A model generated the notes under the pieces. The model saw only the letters and a program-made list of their open reading frames with translations, had not been told where the DNA came from and did no database searches. A stretch of 64,000 nt of DNA from the NCBI GenBank assembly GCA_053919585.1, contig CM132790.1; one strand, given 5' to 3'. Below, one piece after another: positions 53,649 to 64,000 of the stretch. The stretch's first letter is position 1; every line of letters begins with the position of its first letter. Both the position numbers and the translations under genes were made by a program. Origin of the DNA: Euprymna scolopes. Taxonomy: Eukaryota.

Positions 53649-54040
53649 TAAAATAAAATACAAAACGACGATTGATGTCATGCGAATGAGAAAGAAGACC
53701 TAAAATTAATAAATGGTAATTAACGTTTCGCCCACATTTCAGGGAATATCATCAGGAGTTGGCTGGAAAATGGTGATGAAAAATGCTACAGACCACGTGG
53801 GAGTGGAGAAAGAAAGAACTTTAAGTTCCTTCCTACTCTAGAATGGTATAAATTCTTTCCAGAGTAGGAAGTAACTTTAAGTTCATTCCTTCTTCCCTCT
53901 CATGTAATCTGTAGCCTATTTCGTCAGCATTTTTCCAACAAATCCTGATGATCTCCACTAACATGTGTAATGAACAATAAAAATACACTACTTGTTGATA
54001 TCAATCCAACATTTGTTGCCTTGTTTCTTTGAAAATAATA
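53646..54040. mobile_element. Palindromic Penelope-LTR-like element with decayed hammerhead motifs
   Basis: Inverted arms at about 53728-53845 and 53855-53968. Minus arm reads CCTGATGA-T-..CCC..GGGC-GAAAC; plus arm has CCTGATGAT at 53944. Confidence 0.6.
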
Positions 54041-54050
54041 TATAAATATA

Positions 54051-55705
54051 CAGTAGCGTCCAAAAGTTAAGGGCTAGTAGTTTCAAGACAAATTTAAGTA
54101 CTTTTTAAGAAAAACCGTTCATTTAAAATACTTAATATGCATATATACTTATAGATATACTCATCACTCATGTCTCGCCTAAATTTCATAAGCATCCGTT
54201 GGATATTTTTAAAGTTATGAACAATAACACAAAAGTTTGTCCAAATTCTCGTGGTCCAAATGTTAAGGGCTAGGCGGTATAATCTTTAATTATTATAACA
54301 GTAAGGTACTGTATAGGTGGACAGGAGTTATCGCCCCTGAACATACTTTACATAAGTGGAGTTTCCAACGGGTAAAAGAAATGAGTGTTTGTATTGCACT
54401 AGTACAACATGGCAGCAAAACAACGTCGTCCCGTTTCTGTCGAAGAAAAACAGCTCATTATTCATCTTCATAGTAATGGCAAGAAAACTTCTGAGATTGT
54501 TGACACCGTAGGAAGGTCTCCTAGTGTAGTAAAGCGTATTGTGGCACATTTCAAGCAGTCAGGATCAGTGGCACATGCCCCAAAATCTGGTAGACCTCGA
54601 ATCACAACTGCTCGACAGGATCGTCTTATTGTCAAAATGTCACTTAAAGACAGATTTAACACTGCTTCTAAAATATCTCGAGAACTAAAGCAAAGGTCTA
54701 TTGTTCAAGCGTCTCGGCAAACTGTACACGCCGGTTGCACGCTTCTGGATTGCAATCTCGAGTGCCAGCAAGGAAGCCTCTTATCTCCAAAAAAAATCAG
54801 AAACTCCGCCTCGCTTTTGCTCAAGAACACGTTGTGTGGACAACCGAAAACTGGTCCCGTGTGCACTTTAGTGATGAATCAAAGTTTAACGTTATCGGAT
54901 CTGATGGCAACACGTATGTCCGGCGAAGAACTGGTGAGAGATTGGAGGTTAAGTGCGTGAAAAAAACTGTGAAATTTGGAGGAGGAAGTGTAATGGTTTG
55001 GGGCGTTATGTCAGCTGCAGGCTGTGGACCACTGATTCTTCTGCAAGGTGGAATAAATGCAGAAGTTTATAAGGAGATTCTACGGCAGCATGCAGTTCCT
55101 AGTCTTCGGTCGTCGCTCTATCAACCTGCAATTTTCATGCAGGATAACGCTCCTTGTCACACTGCTAAGAAAGTAAAAACATTTTTAGACGGGGAAGAAG
55201 TTGAAACGATGCGTCGGCCCCCTCAGATTCTAGATCTTAATCCTATTGAGAATATCTGGAAAATAGTTGGTGAACGTGCTCAACTTCAGTGCCCAAAAAA
55301 TCAAGAAGAACTCTGGCAGTGCTTACATGCTGAATGGAGTGCGATAACGCCAGCGTTTTACAAGAAGTTGGTGGATTCCTGTGCCAAGAGGTGTCAAGAA
55401 GTCATAAATAGCAAGGGTTTGTTTACCAACTACTAGTTAGTTGGTAATTTCAGCCATTCACAGCAAGGACAAAAGCCGCAATCGTGTTAGCCCTTAACTT
55501 TTGGACACACTAATTTTGAACAATTTAATTTAAAATGGTAGTTATTCAAAAAATACTTAGTGTAGGCTAACGAAATTATGACCCATTGAAGATATACATG
55601 TTATCTATATAATTGTGAAGTAATTTTTTGTTGTTCGTGTGTATTTGTTTCAAATATATGGTTAAACTTGCTGAGGTTTTACTAGCCCTTAACTTTTGGA
55701 CGCTA

Positions 55706-55708
<3 letters not shown>
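54051..55708 (+). mobile_element. Full-length Tc1 transposon of IR/DR type
   Basis: TA-flanked 29-bp terminal IRs CAGTAGCGTCCAAAAGTTAAGGGCTAGTA. Inner direct repeats at 54254-54273 and 55487-55506. Confidence 0.95.
54409..55436 (+). pseudogene. DD34E Tc1 transposase (about 342 aa) with a 1-nt deletion near 54727
   Basis: ORFs 54409..54960 (HTH, SGRPR) and 54735..55436 (FSDESKF; QDNAPCH...DLNPIE with 34-residue spacing) join at RQTV/RRLHASGL. WPPQSPDL is mutated to RPPQILDL. Confidence 0.93.
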
Positions 55709-55781
<73 letters not shown>

Positions 55782-55896
55782 GTGTGCGTGTGTATGAAGA
55801 CACGTTTACTCAGTGATAAAATTGTTGTTTAAGTGCAAACTCAAAATGTAAGTTTAGTAAGTACATTTAACTTAGAATTTTAGAAAAATAAACAAA

Positions 55897-56210
55897 TATC
55901 TATTTGTTTGTAAATCGACCTTTTCGACGTAATCACGTCTTCGTAAGGATAGACGCAGTTTTTTGTTGTTATTTGTTTTCATCTTTCTTATTTCTCGTGA
56001 TATGATACAACTAAGAAGAACAGGACTCGCTCGATGTCACCAACGTGTTTTCATGTAACTCTCTACACGCTGATCTCACCATTAGTGACACTGGGCGGCT
56101 CTTGTTTTTCTTAGTGGCATCATGAAACGAGAGATAAAAATATTTTTTTAAAAACTGTCTATCCTGACGAACACGTGATTACGTCGACAATAAATAGATG
56201 GATGTTTGTT
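55897..56210. mobile_element. Palindromic Penelope-LTR-like element with hammerhead cores
   Basis: Plus arm reads CTATC-CTGACGA-A-CACGT-GATT-ACGTC-GACA; minus arm reads CTATC-CTTACGA-A-GACGT-GATT-ACGTC-GAAA. Lies between (TA)n tracts. Confidence 0.65.
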
Positions 56211-56261
56211 TATTTTTTATAAAAATCTGCGTGGAATGGCATTACTAAACTTATATTTTGA

Positions 56262-56312
<51 letters not shown>

Positions 56313-58110
56313 CTTATATATATATATATTGTGGGGTGGCGAGGGCTCCCGTAAGCCGTGGTAACCCTAGCCCCTATAGGAGAAGCAAATCTCTGATTAA
56401 AAAAAAGCATAAAGCGGGAGACCAGTACCCGCATTAAGCTGGTCTGCAGTTTGACTTGTTGCTGGCTATCTTGCTCTTGCTTGTTGCTGGATGTCAACAT
56501 TTTGAACCGAGAGATAGATTTAGCTGTCGTACAAAGCTAAAACTCTGTAACATCATCTTCGTATAGATACTCCCTCAGGCATTTGTCTATAAAAATAGTC
56601 CTGTGGGGATGGAAAAGTTGTGATGCGTGTAGGCCTGAAATGATGGAAGCATATAATAATTGATCTGCCATCATTATATGTATCAATGTATGTATGTATG
56701 TATGTATGTGTGTATGTATGTGTATGTATATGTTTAGATATGCATCTGTATGTATATGTTGTATATCTATGTGTATGTGTAAGTGTATGTATATATGTAT
56801 TTACTTGACCGTAAATAGTGCCCGAATATAAAATTATCCGTGTTCAGAAATGAAGATTATTGCATTATTTAAGACATAGTCACTATATACCATAAAGTAA
56901 ATTGCTTTGAACTTCGTTTAAATATTAAATACAAAATTTATAACGCAATAGATCACAACCAGAAATAAGAAAATTGGTTTGGATTTATTTTGCAACTGGT
57001 TTTCTTTTAAAATAAGATAATAATAATAATGATGAATATCTACAATATGTACGAAACAAAGTTGATCAAAGAAAAACTGTAATCCATCCAGTAGTTCTAA
57101 AAATAAGCCTTCTGTCTTTAATCACAAAAAGTTAGAAAGCTATGAAGACAGAAGTAGTACCATTAGAACGAGCAACCTTTTGTGCTTTAGAATATTATTT
57201 TCTTACATGATCACCACCATTTCTAATGGACTTTTTATCCGGAGAGCGCATGGTCATATGGGCGTCGTTTCAATACTAAAGACTTCTATTTTTAATAAAG
57301 AATAAAACTTTGAGAAGCTACGAAAACGAATTTAAACTAGCGACTTTTTTGTGCTCATCAATATATTTTTCTACATACACCATTATTATCAATGCACTTT
57401 TTGTCAGGAATTCAATGACGACTCTCTGTTTAAGACGCTTGGTTATTACAGTGTTGCAGTTTTAGTCTCGCCGCAATATCAATATCTGCAACAGAAAGAT
57501 GACACTTTCAGGTCATGAATACATAATGTTAATCATAACAATGTAGTAAAAAATTATTTCTATTTTTGTAATTTAAATTATTTTGCTTTGTTTTAACTTT
57601 TTTTCTCTCTTATCTTAGTAAAAAAAAAAAATATTTCTATTTTAATATTTTTAAAATGGATTTATCTTCAGTTTGTGTTATTTTTATATATTTTTTTATT
57701 TTAAAAAATTGAAATTTACCGACTGTAAAGTAGCCACAGCCGTTGCAAAGTACCGTAAAGAGAAATCTTTCTAGACTGAGGCAGAATTTAAGAAATTCGC
57801 CCAAAATTATATATAGTCATAAAAAAGTGCTCAATATCCTGATAATAACTTCTTCGCTTTGTATCCCTTCTACCGAATATTGAGGTGGGGAAGGGGGCAG
57901 GTATTTCGTATTTTGGTGGGCGTTTACATTTTCGAGTTTTTTTGTTTTTTTTACTTTTTAAATTGTTACATTTAACTATAGTTACAAAACCTCTCCTTCA
58001 TATACTCGGATAGAGGTGGGGATGTCGACGTTACGCACGAAAAGCTGAATATCCTTAGTTTAGTATGTATGTCCAAACGGAATTTCATTTTTTTCTACTT
58101 ATTACTTGTG

Positions 58111-58139
58111 GACCCGGCAACACCGGGTGTCCTTTCTAG
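58111..58139 (+). mobile_element. Helitron 3' terminus
   Basis: Hairpin ACCCGG-CAACA-CCGGGT, then GTCCTTT and CTAG|T. The 5' end was not located; about 56670 is possible. Confidence 0.7.
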
Positions 58140-58142
58140 TTG

Positions 58143-58205
<63 letters not shown>

Positions 58206-58632
58206 CCATATTGCTAGCCTCCTATAAGCCCCCTATAGATTTACAGAATGTTTCAATCAAAACACATCATCTTATTATGCAAAAAGTAGTGTATAAACGT
58301 TATTCGCACTGTACGAAATTATCGTTCTGTGGAGATTGTTTAAAGAACAGGCTTGGAAATTTGCGGTTACGACCGAGTGGATAGCACTTGCGTCACCATG
58401 AAAGCAGGGACGACCGGAAGTCGAAACAAAAGCGACATTGGCCGTGTCAATAAAGAAGAGGAAATAACAAAAACGTTAAGCAGTTTAACGGCTTCTCAAT
58501 TTGTTGTGCTACACTTCAGGTGAACTTTGTCACCTTGTGTTTCTAAAACGTGCACACTAACAGGCGTTTACTAACAATCAGTATGTTTGTGTTATGTTGG
58601 AAAGAAGTGCAGGATAAAAAAAATATTCCTGT

Positions 58633-59120
58633 TATTCGGGTTCCTCTTGAGCATCATTTCCACAATGTTTCTGTTGATGTAATCCCGACCTTCTTTATGT
58701 GTATTCTAGATGTTTTTGTCGAACTCGGAATTCCGAACAAAATGCTTTATTTACTTCACGTGGTAGCATGCTCTTGTTGTGTCAGCCATTACTGAATAAA
58801 GATCCAAAGTAATTCGCAGTTGAAGTTTTGGTCGTCAATACTGAGAATTGAACCTTTAACCTTCAGGAGAATATCGCTTTTACAATTAGTTTTCCAAGTA
58901 CTCTAATTTCTGCGCTATGGGTCCTTCAAAGGGTTCCGTTCGAAATTCCGTCTAAATTCCCGTGTTCGACAGAAATATTCCTAAGATCGACAAGATATAC
59001 CTAAATAAGGTCGGACGTCAGATCAACGGAAACGTTGTAAAAATGAAACTAAAAATGGGAACAATAGTCCGAAGCATGCAGATAATACGAATGACCAATC
59101 CTCATCTCAAAAGTTCAGAA
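58633..59120. mobile_element. Decayed inverted Penelope-LTR pair with a tRNA-like spacer
   Basis: Arms at about 58633-58740 and 58937-59072 end in ..GAAAC(G/A)TTGT. The spacer minus strand has TAGCGCAG..TTAGAG and GGTTCAATTC (58854-58845). Confidence 0.55.
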
Positions 59121-59249
59121 ACGTAAAAAATAAATAGAATTTTATTTTCCTTAACGTTTATTTATAGAATCATATAAAATAGAACGGGTTCAGAATACTG
59201 AGATATACAAATATCTTCCAAAATTGATGGATATATTTAACAATTACAG

Positions 59250-59420
59250 GATTCGCTATTAAATAACCCGAAGAAGGGTTGCTATGCAGTAAAACAAAAC
59301 AATGAAACCAAGCGCCATGAATAAATATTTATAGATAAACAAATTGAAAGATACTTTTATTTTACAAATTAAATAACCTAAAAAGGGTTGATATGGCGTA
59401 AAAAAAGCACACACCCAATC
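59250..59420 (+). repeat. Two tandem SINE/LINE-tail-like motifs
   Basis: ATTAAATAACC..AAGGGTTG.TATG..GTAAAA occurs twice. Related units lie at about 25875-25920 and 26000-26050. Confidence 0.45.
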
Positions 59421-62400
59421 TTCTTTCGAGTAAAATTCTCATTCTGAATCTTCAAAACATTTCCCTGTAATTGTATTTTTACGCCCTGATTTTGTCACTT
59501 CCGGTCATGTTCCTTGCAATCCTAATATTATGTTTCAATTCCCATCTGTAGACAATGCAGTACGAAACTGATTGAATAGGTTTTATTTAGGATTTGTATA
59601 TCTTTAAGACAAAGTTTATCTCTTTTGAAATTGCATTACAAAAGCATTCATCTATTTATCTATTTCCATTTACCATCGATACAGTAGATAAAACAGGATT
59701 GTTAGCTTGAGATGCACAAGCTAAGACTACATTCTTACGCTTATATTTTCGCTTTCTTTGTCAGGTATATAGAAAATATAAGTTTAAAAGAGCGCAGACG
59801 CGAGTATGGCGGCTATATGCACATGCTGAACCGTGTGTGAACTGACGTCACGGTAGGGAACAAGAACAGAGTATAAGAAGAAGGTGTGCACAAACCGACT
59901 ATGACGTTTGAGAGGACAGGGGGAAGGAGCACAGTCACGTTTTATTAAAGAAAATTCCCGGAAATAAGTCATTGTTTAAACAAAAAAAGTGAATCGAGTT
60001 ATTATTTGTTTTCTGTTTGATGCGATGTATTGTGCTACAACGTGTTGGGGTTCGAATTTCTAGATGTTAACGCGTGTGTAAACGTTAGATGAAGAGCTGA
60101 ATAAAATTTCTATTTTAATGAAAGTTAATTTATTTTCGTTTCTGAATTCTAAGCATAAATCCTCTCAACCACTGTTTGTCATGATAAATAATACGCAACC
60201 TGAAGGTTTTTCGTTTAAACTGCCTTGTGTAATATTCACAGACAACATGAATTCAAACAAATACATTGAAGACATTGCTGCACGTTGTTCTGTATAGATG
60301 ATCTGAAAAATATATCGTGTATACTTGTGTGTATATAAGGTGTTCATCTAAATAACGTGTAATGTTCATATTTATGGAAGCAGATTTATATACACATTTA
60401 ATTACACAGTTCACAAACATACTTTTTTTTGTATAGTTCATTTTCCCAGTGGTAGATTTTGTTTCGTGACGCCCTGTAATCGAATATGCTTTCCACCAAG
60501 AAAACCCCATAGCAGCGAGTTATATTTTTATATAGCTTTTTATTCCTTTTTATGGACAATCCGTTTCATCGAGGCCAGCACATTGTATCTCAACATTTTT
60601 CTGGATTGTTTACTGGAATGCTTCCGTGAACTTCCCCGTCCAATCTCTCCACATCGTTCGCTCAAAACTCACTAACTTTAAGTGATTACGTATATTTCCA
60701 AACTATCTTGTTACATCATTAACTCCACGTGACTATAGACAAAAATCGGATGATCAACTTCTATCACGTATATTGTTTATGTTAATTAACATTCTATTCA
60801 CCGTTTTTAGGAAATATTTTAACATAAACAATTTTAATATAAAATATTTATATCGAGTTGATAACATTTTTCCTGTTGTTGAAACATTTTTCCTTGGTTT
60901 TAAAAATACTTCTAAGCTAAACAGTGATAATCGACAATTATATACTAGAAAAAGTACCCATCATTGACTGGGTTCAAAAACAGCCTACAGAAAATGCACT
61001 CTGATTTATGAAAGTATGATAAGTTATGAAAGAAAGGATTGTAAAGAGATAGCTTCGAATTTGGGGGTATCAAAACTAAAGCAAATAATATAACAAACAC
61101 ATTGTCGAAAGTAAGTTGCGAAATAAAACAATAGCGGAACGATAGTACTAAACATGGTTTCATATAAATATAGTGTCTGTTCAAAATTGCTATTGGTGTG
61201 CTAAGCTAGCAGGATATCTTATAAAGCTAACCGATATTTGCATATGAGTTACGAAAAAGGCATTTTATTAGCTAATAATTGCTGTTACACATTGTTTGAA
61301 ATTTTCAATGTAAATATAAGTTTTAATACTGTGAAAACTGTCAGAGTTGTACCCTTCGGATAGTGTGAAAGGTTAGTTTTATTCCTTTATTTTGTTGATG
61401 ACGTGTACTTTTTTGCTGATATAAGCTTCTCTAGTAACTTAAAATTACTTCCTTTTGTCTGTATATGAACCAGTGAGTTGATGTTTTTCTCTCTGTTCAT
61501 CTCGAAATGTAAATAAAACAGATGTGGCTTTTTTGTGTCTTTGTATTAAACGAAAACATGTTTACGTATAAATTTTCTTTTTTATTAACGCCGGTTGCCT
61601 GCCACAGTGTGACTCTAATTTAAAACAAACAAGGTATGTTTTATTTGATACTTAACTCTAATAATTAACTATCAAATACCTACAATGTTAATAATATTGA
61701 ACAATTCCTTTTTATATGATTTTTACATTTTTAATATTCTCCACATTCTGTTTATTAAATATTATTCCTTAAATGGGAAATAACATACATACATTTATTT
61801 TTACACAGAAGATTTACTAAAGTCAATTTTAGAAAGAACCAATAACGTGTGATGCATACACTTAAAACGTATTTAGGAGAGTGAAAGTCTACGTAGAAAG
61901 TCGTATTACACAATCGAATTAAACATGACTTACCATAGTAAACTCATTATAGAATATGCATTGACTATATATAGTAAATCTGGATCACTTGTATTATTTT
62001 CGAAACATTCTTAATAGGAATTTTGCAGTGAGTAGAGCAGATGGCATGCTGATATAGCTAACCGTCTGTTGGGTCCCGATTAAACTGCCATCAAACCCGA
62101 TATCTGATGGTTCGGCCGATTATAAAACACCTGCATTTGGGCAACAAGAATCTATAATGAATGTTTAATGTTCTTCCATTGTTCAAACGTGCACTCCAGC
62201 GTTGTGAGCACGTTTGATAACGACTGAGTTTTGATGTAATAGGCTTCTTGGTTCAGGAATAGTATGGGAGAGTTATGTGTCACAAATAAATTTGGAGTAA
62301 AGGGGTTAAACCCTTTCAACTATGAAGTCCATATATCATCCTCGTGTGCTTGAACGATGATAAAATCAAAACTGATAGATATTCATGACTGATAATAATG

Positions 62401-63206
62401 AAATAGAGAAACAAAAGGTTTAGTTTATTTCTACCGAACATGTAAACGATTGTGAATGTTATTCATGATTACATGAATGAGATGTATATTTCAGAGTAAA
62501 CCGTAGCAGACAGATCTACTAATGGACAGTTGCTCCCAACTATTTTTAGTCGACTTTTTTTTTTTTGAAAAAAAGGGACGAGGCTAAAGGTGCGAATATT
62601 TCAAGTGTAAGACTGTGGTTAGAAATGTCGATTGACTGTCCAGACAATTTGTCCAGTAGAATCAATAGAGATTGTCCGTTGGTTCAATTTCAGTCGAGTG
62701 TCATTGAATTAGAATTAAAATATCTATTTCTAGTTCTGAACAAAATGGCTTTAGGAACATTAACGGTAGACACTTGTTTAACACTCAGGATTTGAGAAAA
62801 ATCATCGATTTTCTCTGAGATTTTATATTTATTGTCGATTATCTTATGAGATTTGCCAGACAATCTGATACAGGACGAACCCTCATTTCTGTTGAGTCGT
62901 AATAAATGCAATTTAACATTATTTTATTTATCCTTTGACTCGTATATACATATATAAAGATGAAATAAGTATAGGTATATATTGAATTAGTTGTCAGTTC
63001 AATTAGGAAAACATAAGAGGAAAACAAGAGGATTAATAAACGCTCTTTATGTGTGTTTTTCCTTAATAAACTGATAAATAAATTCGTATATACTTACATT
63101 TATTTTATTTTATCTTACATTCCTTTTCATGTTATGCTCCATCCTAATATGTTGAGCTTCATACATCCTGATGAGTCCTTATGTAAAAATTTTATGCTTT
63201 TAATCC

Positions 63207-63251
<45 letters not shown>

Positions 63252-63904
63252 GTGTGTATATGTGCGTGTGTGTGTAATTCCTAATTTGGTCTTATTTGAT
63301 AGCACAAAATTTAATGGAGTTCTTAATCTATAAAAGTAAAAGGCAAAATGTGTGTGCACATTTTATGGAGGACCGTCAAGTGCTTTTTTTCGGGGTGTTC
63401 CTATTTCTTAGGACTTTTAATATACCTTCTAGATCATAGTATGTAAGATTTGCGAACGCGCGTCGCATCTAGATTTATTTACATCGACTTTTACAAAATC
63501 CTTGCTATTTCGGCTGGCCTTGTGTGTGTTCGACTTTTTCGTATAAAAGCAAAACTAATCTGAAGCGAAGGCGTTGTTCTCAGCTTCGTGCCGGGAATGT
63601 CCAGAAAGCTATCAGCTTTTCATCAATGTGAGGGAAACCCTTTATATCAGACAATTGGTAATCATTTGGACACTCCCCTTTTTATAGGGAGCGGGTTTTT
63701 TCCACCAAAATCTTGGGAAAACAAAACCCAAAAAAACTACCTCGCAGTAATAGTATTTCTGTTTAACCTCATTAAATTCAAATTCACACACCTGTCAATT
63801 TGTATAAACAAACCCGAAAAAACTGCTTCGCAGTAATACTTAACTGCGAGATTTTTAATTTGACCTCATTTTTTAATGCTTTAATGTTTTTCTGTTATTC
63901 TCCC

Positions 63905-64000
63905 TTGCTGGCCGAGTGGGTAAACATGTCTGGTTTGGTTTTTTTTTCACACTTTATTTTCCACCTTCGCCTCAAGGCTCCTGGTTCGATCCTACCTACC
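63905..64000 (+). mobile_element. tRNA-derived SINE head (runs off the window end)
   Basis: Canonical A box TGGCCGAGTGG at about 63909 and B box GGTTCGATCC at about 63982, separated by a T-rich insert. Confidence 0.5.

Noticed and set aside
56330-56400. HDV-like ribozyme in a GC-rich, RTE 5'-like segment
   Set aside because: I could only form a simple hairpin by eye, not the nested double pseudoknot. A descriptor search would be needed.
63166-63185. Hammerhead at CCTGATGAGTCC
   Set aside because: The GGAC-GAAA half is missing, so this is at most a deleted remnant next to (TA)n. The CTGATGA at about 13895 and the minus-strand CTGATGA at about 10199 likewise lack a GAAA.

Overview
AT-rich, repeat-dense animal genomic DNA with three N-gaps. 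It is eukaryotic; the repeat families resemble ones I recall from octopus/lophotrochozoan genomes, which is inference only. I recognise no intact host protein-coding gene, and most ORFs in the track are microsatellite or low-complexity artefacts. The window holds two full-length Tc1/mariner elements, each broken by one frameshift (DD37D/maT at 10584-11885; IR/DR DD34E Tc1 at 54051-55708), a decayed DD34D mariner, and remnants of CR1-group, RTE, L1/Tx1, R4/Dong-like and Penelope retroelements. It also holds non-autonomous Helitrons with nested MITEs or tandem arrays, a 28-bp satellite, two 5S-rRNA-headed SINE-like elements and a U2 snRNA 5' fragment. The most interesting signal is non-coding: several short elements, mostly in or beside (TA)n tracts, carry type I hammerhead-ribozyme folds. 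Several are palindromes with a hammerhead on each strand, and two are coupled to tRNA-like Pol III promoter boxes. Together with the Penelope RT and GIY-YIG remnants, this suggests non-autonomous Penelope-dependent ribozyme mini-elements. All copies read by eye have core mutations, so activity is untested. Coordinates of decayed elements are approximate.
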